From an uncultured delta proteobacterium (lineage in GTDB: Bacteria; Desulfobacterota; Binatia; UBA9968): a stretch of 64,000 nucleotides of DNA. Position 1 is the stretch's first letter, and each line of letters begins with the position of its first letter. The stretch is taken from positions 1-64,000 of the forward strand of contig CAVXEP010000007.1 of the NCBI GenBank assembly GCA_963760795.1. Reading direction: 5' to 3'. Below, piece after piece: positions 32,177 to 42,762 of this stretch. The position numbers were made by a program, and so were the translations under genes. Below the pieces are notes generated by a model, which was not told the origin of the DNA, ran no database searches, and saw only the letters and a list, made by a program, of their open reading frames with translations.

Positions 32177-33358
32177 ATGGCCACGCCACAATCTCATACC
32201 CTCTGGACGCGCACTTTTCTCTTGCTTTGCACCGCGCAATTTTTCGGCTCGTCGCAGCATGCGCTGCTGCAGCCGACCTTTCCGCTCTACATCACGTCGC
32301 TCGGCGGCACGCCGTTTCAAGTCGGCCTGGTGATCGCCTGCTTCGCGGTCACCAGCGTGGTTTTTCGTCCGATCATCGGCGGCTGGGCCGACCAGTGGTC
32401 CGAGCCCGGAGTGTCGTTTTGCGGTTTGACCTTGCTGTCGCTCGCGGTGTCGATCTGTTTCATTCCGTTGACCGAAGCGACCATGTTGGCCAACGCACTG
32501 CGCGGCATCGGCTGGGCCGCCATGAGCGCCGCGGGATATTCCATGTTAGCGTTAAGCGCGCCCACCGATCGCCGCGGCGAAGCTTCTGGATATTATAGCG
32601 GCGTGCAAGCCAGCGGCACGATACTCTTGCCCGCTGTCGCCCTGTGGCTCATCGCCGCGCCCTTCGGCGGCTTTCGCGTCGTCTTCACCGTCGCGGTCGC
32701 CCTGGCCGCCATCGGCGCAGTTGCTGCCGCCGCGCTCAAGCGCCACATGCCACCGCGCACCCAAGAGCGCCACAGCGCACCGTCCGGTCCCTGGTGGCAG
32801 GAAATTCTCAGTGTGCTAGACCGCGAGATCATTCTCGCCTCGGTCCTCTCGTTTATGTCCCATGTCACCTTCCCGGCGGTGGCGAGCTTTTTGGTGCTCT
32901 ACGCCCGCGAACTGGCGATCGACAACATCGGCTGGTTCTACGTCGTCAGCGGCGCCACCAGCATCCTCGCCCGGCCGCTGCTCGGCAAAGTCTCCGACCG
33001 CATCGGCCGGGGGCGCGCGCTACTCGCCTGCTTCATCCTGGAAACTCTCGCCCTGGTACTGCTGGCTTTCGCCGCCAATCTGTTCGCCTTAATCATTTCC
33101 GGCGCGCTTTATATGCTTGGCCTCGCTATGAGTAGCTCGACGACCCTCGCCATCGCCATGGAACAAGCCAGACCTGAACGGCGCGGCCGCGCCATGGCGA
33201 CCTTTTCCATCGCTCTACCGCTCAGCAATGGCATCGGCGCTTTGATCTGCGGCAGCCTGGTACAATGGTTCGGATTCTTCGCCATGTATCTCGTCCTCGC
33301 CGCCCTCGGCGCCAGCGGACTGTTCATCACCATCGCCAACCGGGTGAGGCTGAAATAG
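32177..33358 (+). CDS. MFS transporter, tandem paralog 2 of 5
   Basis: Same motifs as paralog 1. Confidence 0.9.
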   Translation: MATPQSHTLWTRTFLLLCTAQFFGSSQHALLQPTFPLYITSLGGTPFQVGLVIACFAVTSVVFRPIIGGWADQWSEPGVSFCGLTLLSLAVSICFIPLTEATMLANALRGIGWAAMSAAGYSMLALSAPTDRRGEASGYYSGVQASGTILLPAVALWLIAAPFGGFRVVFTVAVALAAIGAVAAAALKRHMPPRTQERHSAPSGPWWQEILSVLDREIILASVLSFMSHVTFPAVASFLVLYARELAIDNIGWFYVVSGATSILARPLLGKVSDRIGRGRALLACFILETLALVLLAFAANLFALIISGALYMLGLAMSSSTTLAIAMEQARPERRGRAMATFSIALPLSNGIGALICGSLVQWFGFFAMYLVLAALGASGLFITIANRVRLK

Positions 33359-33368
33359 CTCAGGGGGC

Positions 33369-33453
33369 CGTTCAAGGTTCAAGAGTTCAAGGACAGAGAT
33401 GCCACTCCGAAGTGCTTCTGCCCTTGAACTTTTGAACCCTTGAACCTTGAACG
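33369..33453. repeat. Family B palindrome
   Basis: CGTTCAAGGTTCAAGAGTTCAAGG...CCTTGAACTTTTGAACCCTTGAACCTTGAACG. Confidence 0.85.
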
Positions 33454-33468
33454 AATTCTTATTTTCTT

Positions 33469-34636
33469 ATGACCGACACCATCTGGACCAAGACGTTTAT
33501 TTTGCTCTGCGCCGCGCAGTTGCTGGGATATGCGCAGCATTTCATGCTCGCGCCGGTGCTGCCGCTTTTCCTCACGCAATTGGGTGCTCCTCCGGTCGTC
33601 GTCGGCATTGTGCTCGCCTGCTTCGCCGTCACCAGCGTCGTGGTCCGTCCGCTGGTCGGTCACTGGGCCGACCGTTGGAGCGAAGCCGGCGTGATGATCT
33701 CCGGTTTGCTATTTCAAGCCGTGAGCATTTTTCTCTGTTTCATTCCGTTCGTCCCGGCCACGGCATTAGCCAACGGCCTGCGCGGCATCGGCTGGGCGGG
33801 TTTGAACACCGGCGGTTACTCGCTCCTGGCGCTGATCTCGCCGGAAAAACAACGCGGCGCCGCCTCCGGTCTCTACAGCGGCGTGCAGAGCTCGGCGCAA
33901 ATCTTTTTTCCGCCCTTCGCCCTCTGGCTGCTCTACGGCTCCTTCGGCGGCTACCGCCTGGTGTTCGTCGTCACGGCGATTTTTTCCATCGCCGGCGCGC
34001 TCACCGGCTGGACGATGGCATCCTCGGTGCCACGTCCGGCGAAAGTGCACGGCACCCATGAAAAAACCGATTGGTGGCGCGAAATATTTCATTTCGTCGA
34101 GCCGGAGATTTTCCTGCCGTCGCTGCTCCTGCTCTGGCTCAACCTATCGCTGCCGGCGATCACCAACTTCATAATTCTCTACGCCAAAGAACTTGGCATC
34201 GGCAACTTCGCCGCCTATTTCGTTGTCATAGGCGCCACCAGCATGCTCGGCCGGCCGCTGCTCGGTCGCCTGTCCGATCGCATCGGCCGCGCTCGTTCCA
34301 TCGCTGCCGGCTTTGCCTTGCAGGTGATCGCCCTGGTTCTGATCACTGTGATGTCGCAATTTATTGGGCGTGATTATCTGCGGCGCGATATACATGCTCG
34401 GCAACGCCATCGGCAGCTCGACGACGCTGGCGTTGGCCGTCGAACGCGCCGATCCCCAACGGCGCGGTAAACAGATGGCGACCTTCTCCGTCGCCTACCC
34501 GTTAAGTTATGGCGTCGGCTCGCTCATCACCGGCAGCGCCATCGACATCGCCGGCTACATCGGCATGTTTCTGCTGCTGGCCGCGATCCAAGCGGGTGGA
34601 TTGATTTTTATCGTCGGGCGGCGCGCGAAACTGTAA
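33469..34636 (+). CDS. MFS transporter, tandem paralog 3 of 5 (frameshift ~34365)
   Basis: Joined from ORFs 33469..34470 and 34364..34636. Confidence 0.88.
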
Positions 34637-34638
34637 AG

Positions 34639-34727
34639 GATTGGAGTGATGGAGTACTGGAGTGCTGGAGTGATGGGCGTTCCGAAAACCCAATACTCCA
34701 TTACTCCAACACTCCATCACTCCAATC
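34639..34727. repeat. Family C palindrome
   Basis: GATTGGAGTGATGGAGTACTGGAGTGCTGGAG...CAATACTCCATTACTCCAACACTCCATCACTCCAATC. Confidence 0.85.
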
Positions 34728-34777
34728 TTCGCCGTCCACCGCATGAGTTTTTCCCGCCGCCATGCTAGACCACAACG

Positions 34778-35962
34778 ATGTCCGTTGCATCGACGAACCG
34801 ATCCCTCTGGACGCGAGCGTTTGTGCTGCTCTGCTTGGCGGAATTTCTTTGCTATGCGCAGCACTACCTTTTGCAGCCGGCGCTGCCGCTCTATATCACC
34901 TACCTGGGTGGCTCGCCGTTCATCGTCGGTCTAGTGATCGCCGCCTTCGGCGTCACCAGCGTCATCTCGCGGCCGATCATCGGTTACTGGGTCGATCGCT
35001 GGAGCGCTCCCGGGATGATGTTTCTCGGCATGATCGGCCAGGGGCTCAGCATCTTGTTTTGCTTGCTGCCGCTCAACGCCGCGGTGATTTTTTCCAACGC
35101 GCTGCGCGGCATTGCTTGGTCGAGTATGGCGGCATCGGGTTACACGCTGCTGGCGACCTCCGCGCCGCCGCAACGTCGCGGTGAAGCATCCGGCTATTTC
35201 GGCGGCGTCCAGTCCAGCGCGACGATCATTTTCCCCGCCATTGCGCTTTGGATCATCGACTCACCGATGGGCGGTTTTCGCGCGGTATTTCTGTTGGCGA
35301 TGGCGTTCGTTTTCAGCGGCGCAATCGCGGCGTGGGCCCTGGCGCGCGTCGCACCGCAGCACAGCCAGGAAAGTAATACTGACAATCGAGATTCGTGGTG
35401 GCGCGAGATTGTCAATGTCGTCGACCGCCATATTCTCACCGCGGCGTTGCTGATATTTACTTTGAACCTGTCGCTGCCCTGTTTCTCCAGCTTCATTGTG
35501 CTTTACGCTCGCGATCTCGGCGTCGGCAACTTTGGTTGGTATTACGTTGCCGTCGGCGTGACCAGTGCGCTCGGGCGCCCGCTGCTCGGCCGCTTTTCCG
35601 ACAAACTCGGCGCCGGCCGGTCATTGCTGATCGCCTTCAGTCTAGAGACTGCGGCCTTGCTGATCATGCCGTTCGCAAGCAGTCTGCCTGGCTTAATCTT
35701 GAGCGGCGCACTTTTTTACACCGGCGCCGCCATCGGCGGCGCTCGGATCATGGCACTGGCAATGGAATCCGCGCCGGCACAGCGTCGCGGCCGAGCGATG
35801 GCGAGCTATTCCACCGCCTTGCCCCTAAGCAACGGCACCGGCGCGTTGATCAACGGCATAGTCGTCGATCTGGCCGGTTTTCGCTGGATGTTCACCATCG
35901 CCGGCATCCTCTGCTCGATGGGTTTCATCGTGATCTGGAAACAATGGGCAAAATTGAAATGA
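34778..35962 (+). CDS. MFS transporter, tandem paralog 4 of 5
   Basis: Same motifs as paralog 1. Confidence 0.9.
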   Translation: MSVASTNRSLWTRAFVLLCLAEFLCYAQHYLLQPALPLYITYLGGSPFIVGLVIAAFGVTSVISRPIIGYWVDRWSAPGMMFLGMIGQGLSILFCLLPLNAAVIFSNALRGIAWSSMAASGYTLLATSAPPQRRGEASGYFGGVQSSATIIFPAIALWIIDSPMGGFRAVFLLAMAFVFSGAIAAWALARVAPQHSQESNTDNRDSWWREIVNVVDRHILTAALLIFTLNLSLPCFSSFIVLYARDLGVGNFGWYYVAVGVTSALGRPLLGRFSDKLGAGRSLLIAFSLETAALLIMPFASSLPGLILSGALFYTGAAIGGARIMALAMESAPAQRRGRAMASYSTALPLSNGTGALINGIVVDLAGFRWMFTIAGILCSMGFIVIWKQWAKLK

Positions 35963-36008
35963 CCCGCGGCACGATAATCGATCAGGTCAGCCAAAGCGAA
36001 AGAGTCCT

Positions 36009-36091
36009 TTCACCACGAAGGACACGAAGAGCACGAAGTTCGGAATTAAATTACTCGAACCCTTCGTGTCCTTCGTGCCTTCGTGGTGTAA
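36009..36091. repeat. Family A gene-less inverted-repeat element
   Basis: TTCACCACGAAGGACACGAAGAGCACGAAGTT ... CCTTCGTGTCCTTCGTGCCTTCGTGGTGTAA. Confidence 0.85.
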
Positions 36092-36122
36092 ATTATCCAT
36101 CCCATAAGAGCTTGACGCTGCC

Positions 36123-37307
36123 GTGACCATCGCCAACCACGCATCTGTTTGGACCTCCACGTTTGCCCTGCTCTGCATAGTCCAGTCGTTGGGCTATGCG
36201 CAGCAGGCCATGCTCAACCCGACGATCCCGCTCTACATCACCCAATTGGGCGGTTCGCCCTTCGTGGTCGGGTTAGCCATTTCCTCGTTTGCCGCGACCA
36301 GCGTGATCGCCCGGCCATTTATCGGATATTGGGCCGACCGCTGGAGCGAGTGCGGCGTATTGGCCTTCGGCCTGATCATGTTGGCGGCGAGCATGCTGCT
36401 GTGCTTTTTCCCCTTCGTCAGCATGGTCCTGCTCGCCAACGCCCTGCGCGGCATCGGCTGGGCTGGAGTCAACGCCGGCGGCTACGCTCTCTTGGCGCGC
36501 ATCGCCCCGGCATCGCGCCGCGGCGAGGCTGCGGGATATTACAGCGGCGCGCAATCGACGCCGACGGTGCTTTTTCCCGCCGTCGCGCTGTGGCTATTGT
36601 ACGCGCCTTTTGGCAGTTACAATTTGGTCTTTACCATCATGATCGCTTTGGGCCTAGCCGGAGCCGGTGTTTGCTATTTCATGTCCCGTCAGGTTCCCAC
36701 CGTGGAGCGTCAGGCCGACTCACAACCAGCGTCGCTCCCTTGGTGGCGGCAAATCTTCAGCGCGGCGGAACATGGCGTGTTGCTGCCCGCGGCGCTGATG
36801 TTCTGCAGTCAGCTGAGTTTCCCGGCGATCACCAGTTTCATCGTGCTTTACGCCCGCGAGATCGGCATCGGCGCCATCGGTTCCTATTTCGTCGTCAGCG
36901 GCATCGCCAGCGTGCTCGCCCGCCCATTGCTCGGCCGCGTCTCCGATCGCATCGGCATCGGCTATTCTCTGGTCGCGACTTTCACGTTGCAGTCCCTCGG
37001 CCTCATGTTATTAGTCGCTGCGTCAAACCTCGCGACGATCTTGTGCGCGGGCGTGCTCTACATGCTCGGCATGGCGATCGGCGGTTCGGCAACGCTGATC
37101 ATTGCGATGAAGCGAGCCACGCCGGAGCGGCGCGGCCGGTTCATGGCATCATTTTCAATCGCCTACCCGCTCGGCTACGGCGTCGGCGCGTTTATCACGG
37201 GTAGTGCCGTCGACATGGTCGGCTACACTTGGACTTACGTTTTGCTCGCCGTGCTCGGCAGTTCAGGACTGGCGCTGACTATCCTCAATTGGCGAAAATT
37301 GGAATAA
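36123..37307 (+). CDS. MFS transporter, tandem paralog 5 of 5
   Basis: Same motifs as paralog 1. Confidence 0.9.
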   Translation: MTIANHASVWTSTFALLCIVQSLGYAQQAMLNPTIPLYITQLGGSPFVVGLAISSFAATSVIARPFIGYWADRWSECGVLAFGLIMLAASMLLCFFPFVSMVLLANALRGIGWAGVNAGGYALLARIAPASRRGEAAGYYSGAQSTPTVLFPAVALWLLYAPFGSYNLVFTIMIALGLAGAGVCYFMSRQVPTVERQADSQPASLPWWRQIFSAAEHGVLLPAALMFCSQLSFPAITSFIVLYAREIGIGAIGSYFVVSGIASVLARPLLGRVSDRIGIGYSLVATFTLQSLGLMLLVAASNLATILCAGVLYMLGMAIGGSATLIIAMKRATPERRGRFMASFSIAYPLGYGVGAFITGSAVDMVGYTWTYVLLAVLGSSGLALTILNWRKLE

Positions 37308-37379
37308 ACGACAAGCGCTTGTCGCCCTTTCTAGTTTACGCTAAGAGGGAGTGGGTCAAATCGAAAAGAGGAGCTTGCA

Positions 37380-38381
37380 GTGAAATTCGGCATCTTTATC
37401 TTCGGCGACAATCATCCTGAGCTCGGCCGCTCCAATCAGAAATATTACGAAGAAGTTTTGACCATGGCCGAATGGGCCGAAGAGTTGGGCTTCGACTCTT
37501 TCTGGTTGGGCGAGCATCATCTTTACTGGTACGGCACCTGCGTCTCGCCGCCGATGATCATCGCCGCTCTCGGACAGCGCACCAAACGAATTCGCCTGGG
37601 CCCGGCCATCGCCGTGCCGTCGTTTCACAACCCGCTCATCGTCGCCGAAGAGTACGCGCTGGCCGACAATCTGTGCAACGGCCGCTTGGAATTCGCCCTC
37701 GGCAGCGGCTTCTCGCCGGTGGAGTTCGAGCAATTTGGCATGTCGATGGAGGAAGCCAAAGAAAAATTCTGGGAAGGCACGGAGATAATATTCAAGGCGT
37801 GGTCACAGGAAACGTTCTCGCACCACGGCAAGCATTACAACTTCGATAACATCTCGCTCTACATGCAGCCACTGCAAAAACCCATGCCGCCGACCTGGCT
37901 CGCCGCCTCCAGCGACGAGACCTTGATCAAAGCCGGGCAGATGGGCCTACCGATGATGGGCATTCCATTCGCCCGCTCGCAGAACCTCGCCGACGTAAAG
38001 GCGAAAAACGATCTCTACACCGAGACGTTTGCCAAAGCGGGGCATAAGAACAAGCCGGAGATCATGGTTGCCATGCATTTTTATCTGCACGAGAATGAGC
38101 AAGCCGCGGTCGCCGGCGCGCGGCCCTACTTCGAGCGCGCCATCTCGTTTCACAAGACCCACCGCCGCCCCGGCTCGAAGATTCCGCAACTCGACAACAT
38201 CAAGCAAGAACGCTTGGCGCTGTTCACTACGCCGCAAGATACCGTCGCCATCCTGCGCGAATACGAAAAGATCGGCGTCACCCATGTCATCGGCATGGTC
38301 AACTTCGGCGGCGTGCCGATGGGCGACGTGCGCCGAACCCTGGAGCTAATGTCGAAGGAAGTCTTTCCCAAGTTCAGATAG
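37380..38381 (+). CDS. LLM class flavin-dependent oxidoreductase
   Basis: MKFGIF, AEELGFDSFWLGEHH, NPLIVAEE, GRLEFALGSG. Confidence 0.9.
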   Translation: MKFGIFIFGDNHPELGRSNQKYYEEVLTMAEWAEELGFDSFWLGEHHLYWYGTCVSPPMIIAALGQRTKRIRLGPAIAVPSFHNPLIVAEEYALADNLCNGRLEFALGSGFSPVEFEQFGMSMEEAKEKFWEGTEIIFKAWSQETFSHHGKHYNFDNISLYMQPLQKPMPPTWLAASSDETLIKAGQMGLPMMGIPFARSQNLADVKAKNDLYTETFAKAGHKNKPEIMVAMHFYLHENEQAAVAGARPYFERAISFHKTHRRPGSKIPQLDNIKQERLALFTTPQDTVAILREYEKIGVTHVIGMVNFGGVPMGDVRRTLELMSKEVFPKFR

Positions 38382-38503
38382 AAAGGTCCTTCAAGAAGTC
38401 TCGTCCGCAACGCTCTTGCGCACCTAGCCGCCCATCTGAACATAACCACAAGTTTCGCCACGCCGTAGAGCTGACGAAGTAAATCGCCAGCTGATGACAG
38501 AGC

Positions 38504-38645
38504 ACCCCCTTTGGAAAAGGGGGATGAAGGGGGATTTGCTTGTGGTGTGGGGCGGTTTTCTTCAACGAGGCTCGGCAATACACCGGGACGATGGCGCAGG
38601 CTGAAAGCAAGAATCTCCCAAGGCCCCTCTTTTCCAAATAGGGGT
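38504..38645. repeat. Family D palindrome
   Basis: ACCCCCTTTGGAAAAGGGGGATGAAGGGGGATTT ... AATCTCCCAAGGCCCCTCTTTTCCAAATAGGGGT. Confidence 0.75.
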
Positions 38646-38863
38646 AACGGAAAACATGCCACGACTAGAGCGCTTAACCAAATTTGATTGCGCTACCACA
38701 CCCGCTGTGTCCAGCCGAGACTTATGGGTTACGATGAGGCAGCCATATCGAAAATCGTTGCCGTAACTGCTAAGTGATGGGAGTCACTTACAGTCGCGGC
38801 GGGACAGACAAGGTATGCGCATGAGACAAACACTTTATCGGCGGAATCATCAGCACGGCGATT

Positions 38864-39277
38864 TTGTTGGGTACGCTATCGTCACTCCATGCCAACGAAC
38901 CCTCGCCAGCGGGTCTATGGAAAACCATCGACGATAGCTCCGGCCAGGTGAAAGGTTTGGTGCGCATTCGCGAAGCGAACGGCCGCTTTGAAGGGAAAAT
39001 CGAAAAGATCTTCCCCAAACCCGGCGAGGATCCGGCGCCCAAGTGCGATAAATGCGATGGCACGCGAAAAAACCAGCCGGTCCTCGGCATGACGATACTC
39101 TGGGGCCTGGCCAAGCAGGCGGACGACTACCAAGGCGGCGAGATCCTCGACCCGGAGAACGGCAAAGTCTATCGCGCCAAGATGAAACTCATCGACGGCG
39201 GCAAGAAGCTCGAAGTGCGCGGTTTCATCGGCGTGTCGCTGTTCGGCCGCAGCCAAATCTGGCTGCGCGAGGAATGA
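38864..39277 (+). CDS. DUF2147 domain secreted protein (true start probably ~38821, frameshifted)
   Basis: GLWKTIDD, CDKC, GGEILDPENGKVY, LEVRGFIGVSLFGRSQIW. Confidence 0.88.
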   Translation: MLGTLSSLHANEPSPAGLWKTIDDSSGQVKGLVRIREANGRFEGKIEKIFPKPGEDPAPKCDKCDGTRKNQPVLGMTILWGLAKQADDYQGGEILDPENGKVYRAKMKLIDGGKKLEVRGFIGVSLFGRSQIWLREE

Positions 39278-39325
39278 AGCATTGCTGCTCTTTGGATCAG
39301 CTGTGAGAAAAAGTAGGACCCTGCC

Positions 39326-40783
39326 ATGACCGAAGTATATTTCCAAGACACCACCATCCGCGACGGCGCCCAGAGTCTGTGGGCCTACAACATCCGCACC
39401 GGGATGATCGCGCCGATCTGCGCGCAACTCGACGACGCCGGCTTCGAAGCCATCGAGCTCGGCGGTCCCATTGAAATCCCCAAGTGCGTCAAAGAGCTGC
39501 GCGAAGATCCCTGGGAGCGCTACCGATTGATTATTCCGAAATTCAAACGCACGCCGCTGCGGTTGGTGCATGGCTCGCGCAGCGGCTTCGCCATTTATCC
39601 CGATGCCCTGCACCAACTCTTCGATACCTGCATGGCCAATGTCGGCGTCAGCGAAGTGCGCATTTCCGATTCATGGAACGATGCCGCGGACTGGGCCTGG
39701 CGCGTCAAGCAGGCCAAGAACGCGGGCCTGAAACCGATTATCAATTTGATCTACACCGTGTCGCCGCGCCACACGGACGAATATTACGCCAAGAAAATTC
39801 GCGAAGCCAAAGCCCTCGATGTCTATCGGACCATATTCAAAGATCCGGGCGGAATCTTGACGCCAGAGCGCACCAAGACCGCGGTGCCGGCGATTCTCAA
39901 AGCCGCCGGCGATATGACGGTGGAGCTGCACACCCACTGCACCACCGGCCTCGGCACGCTATGCTGTTTGGAGGCGATCAAAGCCGGCATGGTGCATATC
40001 AACACGGCGATTCCACCGCTCGCCGACGGCTCGGGAAACCCGTCGCTATTCAATGTCGCCATGAACGCGCGCGCCCTGGGCTATAAAACCATGATCAACG
40101 AAGCACCCCTGCGCGAGGCATCCAAGTTTCTCACCGCCTGCGCCAGGCAGGCGAATCTTCCCATCGGCAAAACTCCCGAGTACGACTACGCGCAATATGT
40201 CCATCAAATCCCCGGCGGTATGATTTCCAACCTGCGCCATCAATTGAGCCGTGTCGGCATGGATGACAAAATCGATCAGACTCTAGAAGAAGCCGCCCAG
40301 GTGCGCGCCGATTTCGGTTATCCGATCATGGTCACGCCGCTGTCGCAGTTCGTCGGCAGCCAGGCCGCCATCAATGTGATCGTCGGCGAACGCTACAAAC
40401 AGGTCACCGACCAGACGATTGAATACGCCATGGGTATCTGGGGCAAAGAAGGCGCGCAGTTCATGGACCAGAACGTCAAAGAGAAAATACTCAATCGCCC
40501 GCGCGCCAAAGAGATCGCCGGCCGCCCCCACCCAACCGACACGCTCCAAGAGCTGCGCAAAAAGTACGGGGGCAAGAACGACGAAGAACTCTTGTTGCGA
40601 TTTTTTTCCAGCAAAGAGGACGTCGACCGCATGTACGCCGCCGGCCCGGCGCGGACCTATACGAGCGGCGATAATCCGCTGGTCAATCTCGTCGACGAGT
40701 TGTCGAAACAAAAAGACCGCGCTAGCGTCTTCATTCAACGGCCCGGCTTCACGCTGCGCATGCAACGCCGCAGCGCAGCATGA
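39326..40783 (+). CDS. Pyruvate carboxylase subunit B / oxaloacetate decarboxylase alpha-like carboxyltransferase without a biotinyl domain
   Basis: DTTIRDGAQS, EDPWER, LHTH, HQIPGGMISNL, GYPIMVTPLSQFVG; no C-terminal MKM biotin motif. Confidence 0.85.
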   Translation: MTEVYFQDTTIRDGAQSLWAYNIRTGMIAPICAQLDDAGFEAIELGGPIEIPKCVKELREDPWERYRLIIPKFKRTPLRLVHGSRSGFAIYPDALHQLFDTCMANVGVSEVRISDSWNDAADWAWRVKQAKNAGLKPIINLIYTVSPRHTDEYYAKKIREAKALDVYRTIFKDPGGILTPERTKTAVPAILKAAGDMTVELHTHCTTGLGTLCCLEAIKAGMVHINTAIPPLADGSGNPSLFNVAMNARALGYKTMINEAPLREASKFLTACARQANLPIGKTPEYDYAQYVHQIPGGMISNLRHQLSRVGMDDKIDQTLEEAAQVRADFGYPIMVTPLSQFVGSQAAINVIVGERYKQVTDQTIEYAMGIWGKEGAQFMDQNVKEKILNRPRAKEIAGRPHPTDTLQELRKKYGGKNDEELLLRFFSSKEDVDRMYAAGPARTYTSGDNPLVNLVDELSKQKDRASVFIQRPGFTLRMQRRSAA

Positions 40784-40902
40784 GCTAAACAACTGGAACC
40801 CTTGGAACAATGCAACAATTGGAACCCGTCCAAGGTTTTGGACGAAACGTAACGATGGAACGACTTGAACAGTTTGAACCTGTTCAGTTTGAGAGGTAAA
40901 CC

Positions 40903-41430
40903 ATGGCACGCGTGACGTTAATCGGCGAAGCCGATCATCCCGAGCTCGCCGACTCCATCGCCAAGATCAAAGGCGCCCGCGGCGGACGGCTGATCAACGT
41001 CTATCGCTTGATGCTCCATAGTCCGGCGCTGGCCAACGCCTGGTTCGAGTTCAATCAAGCGGTGCGCTACGGCACCGAGATCGACGGCCAGTGCCGCGAG
41101 ATCGCGGTCATCCGCGTCGCGCTATTGAACAAGGTCGAGTACATCCAACGCGCCCATGGACCGGCCTACGCACTGAAAGAAGGCTTGACGCCCGAGCAGG
41201 TCACCGCAATCGGCGACTGGCACCCGTCGAAGTTATTTAACCACAAGCAGCGCGCTCTGCTCGCCTACACCGACGCCATGACACGCGAAGTCGACGTGCC
41301 GGACAGCGTGTTTGCCGAACTGCGCCAACACTTCAGCGAGCGGCAGGAGGTCGAACTGACCATGCTCATCGGCGCCTACAACATGCTGACAAGATTTTTG
41401 CAGGCACTAAAAGTCGACCCGGAACCCTGA
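40903..41430 (+). CDS. Carboxymuconolactone decarboxylase / AhpD-like protein
   Basis: NVYRLMLHSP, REIAVIRVA, ELTMLIGAYN. Confidence 0.85.
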   Translation: MARVTLIGEADHPELADSIAKIKGARGGRLINVYRLMLHSPALANAWFEFNQAVRYGTEIDGQCREIAVIRVALLNKVEYIQRAHGPAYALKEGLTPEQVTAIGDWHPSKLFNHKQRALLAYTDAMTREVDVPDSVFAELRQHFSERQEVELTMLIGAYNMLTRFLQALKVDPEP

Positions 41431-41433
41431 GCA

Positions 41434-41519
41434 TTCGTTCAAGGTTCAAACGTTCAACGTTCAAGGTCAGAAACCGGAGTTCAACGTTAAACTTTTGAAC
41501 CGTTGAACTGTTGAACGAA
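41434..41519. repeat. Family B palindrome
   Basis: TTCGTTCAAGGTTCAAACGTTCAACGTTCAAG...TTTGAACCGTTGAACTGTTGAACGAA. Confidence 0.75.
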
Positions 41520-41523
41520 ATTT

Positions 41524-42600
41524 ATGATTAAATTCGTCGTCGAAAACGACACCTTCCTGCGCTTGATCCAAGTCGTCCTCGACCCGTCGGCATCCGAAGA
41601 ACGCATTGCCGCCTTCGCGCACTTTTGCTTGCACGACCTGGCGGATTTTCGCGGCTGGTGTGACAGAATCCGTGCCCAGGCGAAAAATCTTTACCCATCG
41701 GATGTCCGCCTGGTCGACAGCCAGCAAGAGTTACTAACGAATCTCCCAGGCGCAAATGTCGCCGTTGTTGAAGAACTTTCTTTCGGACCGCAAGAAGTCG
41801 GCGCCGCCGGCAAAAACCTCAGATTCGTGCAAAAGTACGGCTTCACGACGCGCAACATCGACCAAGCCGCTTGCGACGGCGCCGGTGCACAAGTCTTAAC
41901 CATCCGCCGCCGGGCGAATATTTCGACTGCGGAACAAGGCTTGATGCTCATGCTCGCGCTGGCGCGCCAGGTGACGCAGAACGTAAACCTGATTAGCAAT
42001 GAACAACTCAGCAATGCCGGCTACCAGCCAACGACCTACAATCGCCAACACACGCCCAACGGCAACTGGGCGCGCATCCCCGGCATGGTGACGCTCTACC
42101 AGCGGCAACTCGGCATCGTCGGTCTCGGTGAGATCGGCAGGGAACTAGCTTTGCGCGCCATCGCCCTCGGCATGCGCATCGTTTATCACCAGCGCACGCG
42201 CTTGCCCGCCGAAGTAGAAGAGCAATATCAGGCAACGTACGTGAGGCTAGACGAACTGCTTGCCGGCTCGGACTTCATCAGCCTGCACTTGCCGCGCAGT
42301 CCGGCGACCGTCAACTTCATCGGTGCAGGTGAACTATCAGTCATCAAGCCCGGCGCATTCCTAATCAACGTCTCGCAACCGAACTTAGTCGAACGCCACG
42401 CGCTGCAACGCGCCCTGGAATCGCAACGCCTCGCCGGTTTCGGCCTCGACACGTTCTACGAAGAACCGGGCGACGCCAATGACCCGCTGATAAAATTCCC
42501 CAACGTCATCGTCACCCCGCATATGGGCGGCTCACCGCGCTGGAACTCGCTGGACGACATCGAAGAAGTGATCGTCAACCTCGGCAGGTTATTGGCTTAA
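41524..42600 (+). CDS. D-isomer-specific 2-hydroxyacid dehydrogenase
   Basis: GIVGLGEIG, SDFISLHLP, LDTFYEEP, VTPHMGG. Confidence 0.88.
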   Translation: MIKFVVENDTFLRLIQVVLDPSASEERIAAFAHFCLHDLADFRGWCDRIRAQAKNLYPSDVRLVDSQQELLTNLPGANVAVVEELSFGPQEVGAAGKNLRFVQKYGFTTRNIDQAACDGAGAQVLTIRRRANISTAEQGLMLMLALARQVTQNVNLISNEQLSNAGYQPTTYNRQHTPNGNWARIPGMVTLYQRQLGIVGLGEIGRELALRAIALGMRIVYHQRTRLPAEVEEQYQATYVRLDELLAGSDFISLHLPRSPATVNFIGAGELSVIKPGAFLINVSQPNLVERHALQRALESQRLAGFGLDTFYEEPGDANDPLIKFPNVIVTPHMGGSPRWNSLDDIEEVIVNLGRLLA

Positions 42601-42643
42601 TTTAGAGAACACGGCGTTTCAGTAATAAATACGCGAATTCTTC

Positions 42644-42729
42644 TTCACCACGAAGGACACGAAGATCACGAAGTCCGGAATTTAATTTTTGCCCAAACCT
42701 TCGTGTCCTTCATGCTCTTCGTGGTGCAA
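42644..42729. repeat. Family A gene-less inverted-repeat element
   Basis: TTCACCACGAAGGACACGAAGATCACGAAGT ... ACCTTCGTGTCCTTCATGCTCTTCGTGGTGCAA. Confidence 0.85.
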
Positions 42730-42762
42730 CGCATTTCCCAATCAAACCGCCAGCGCGCGATA

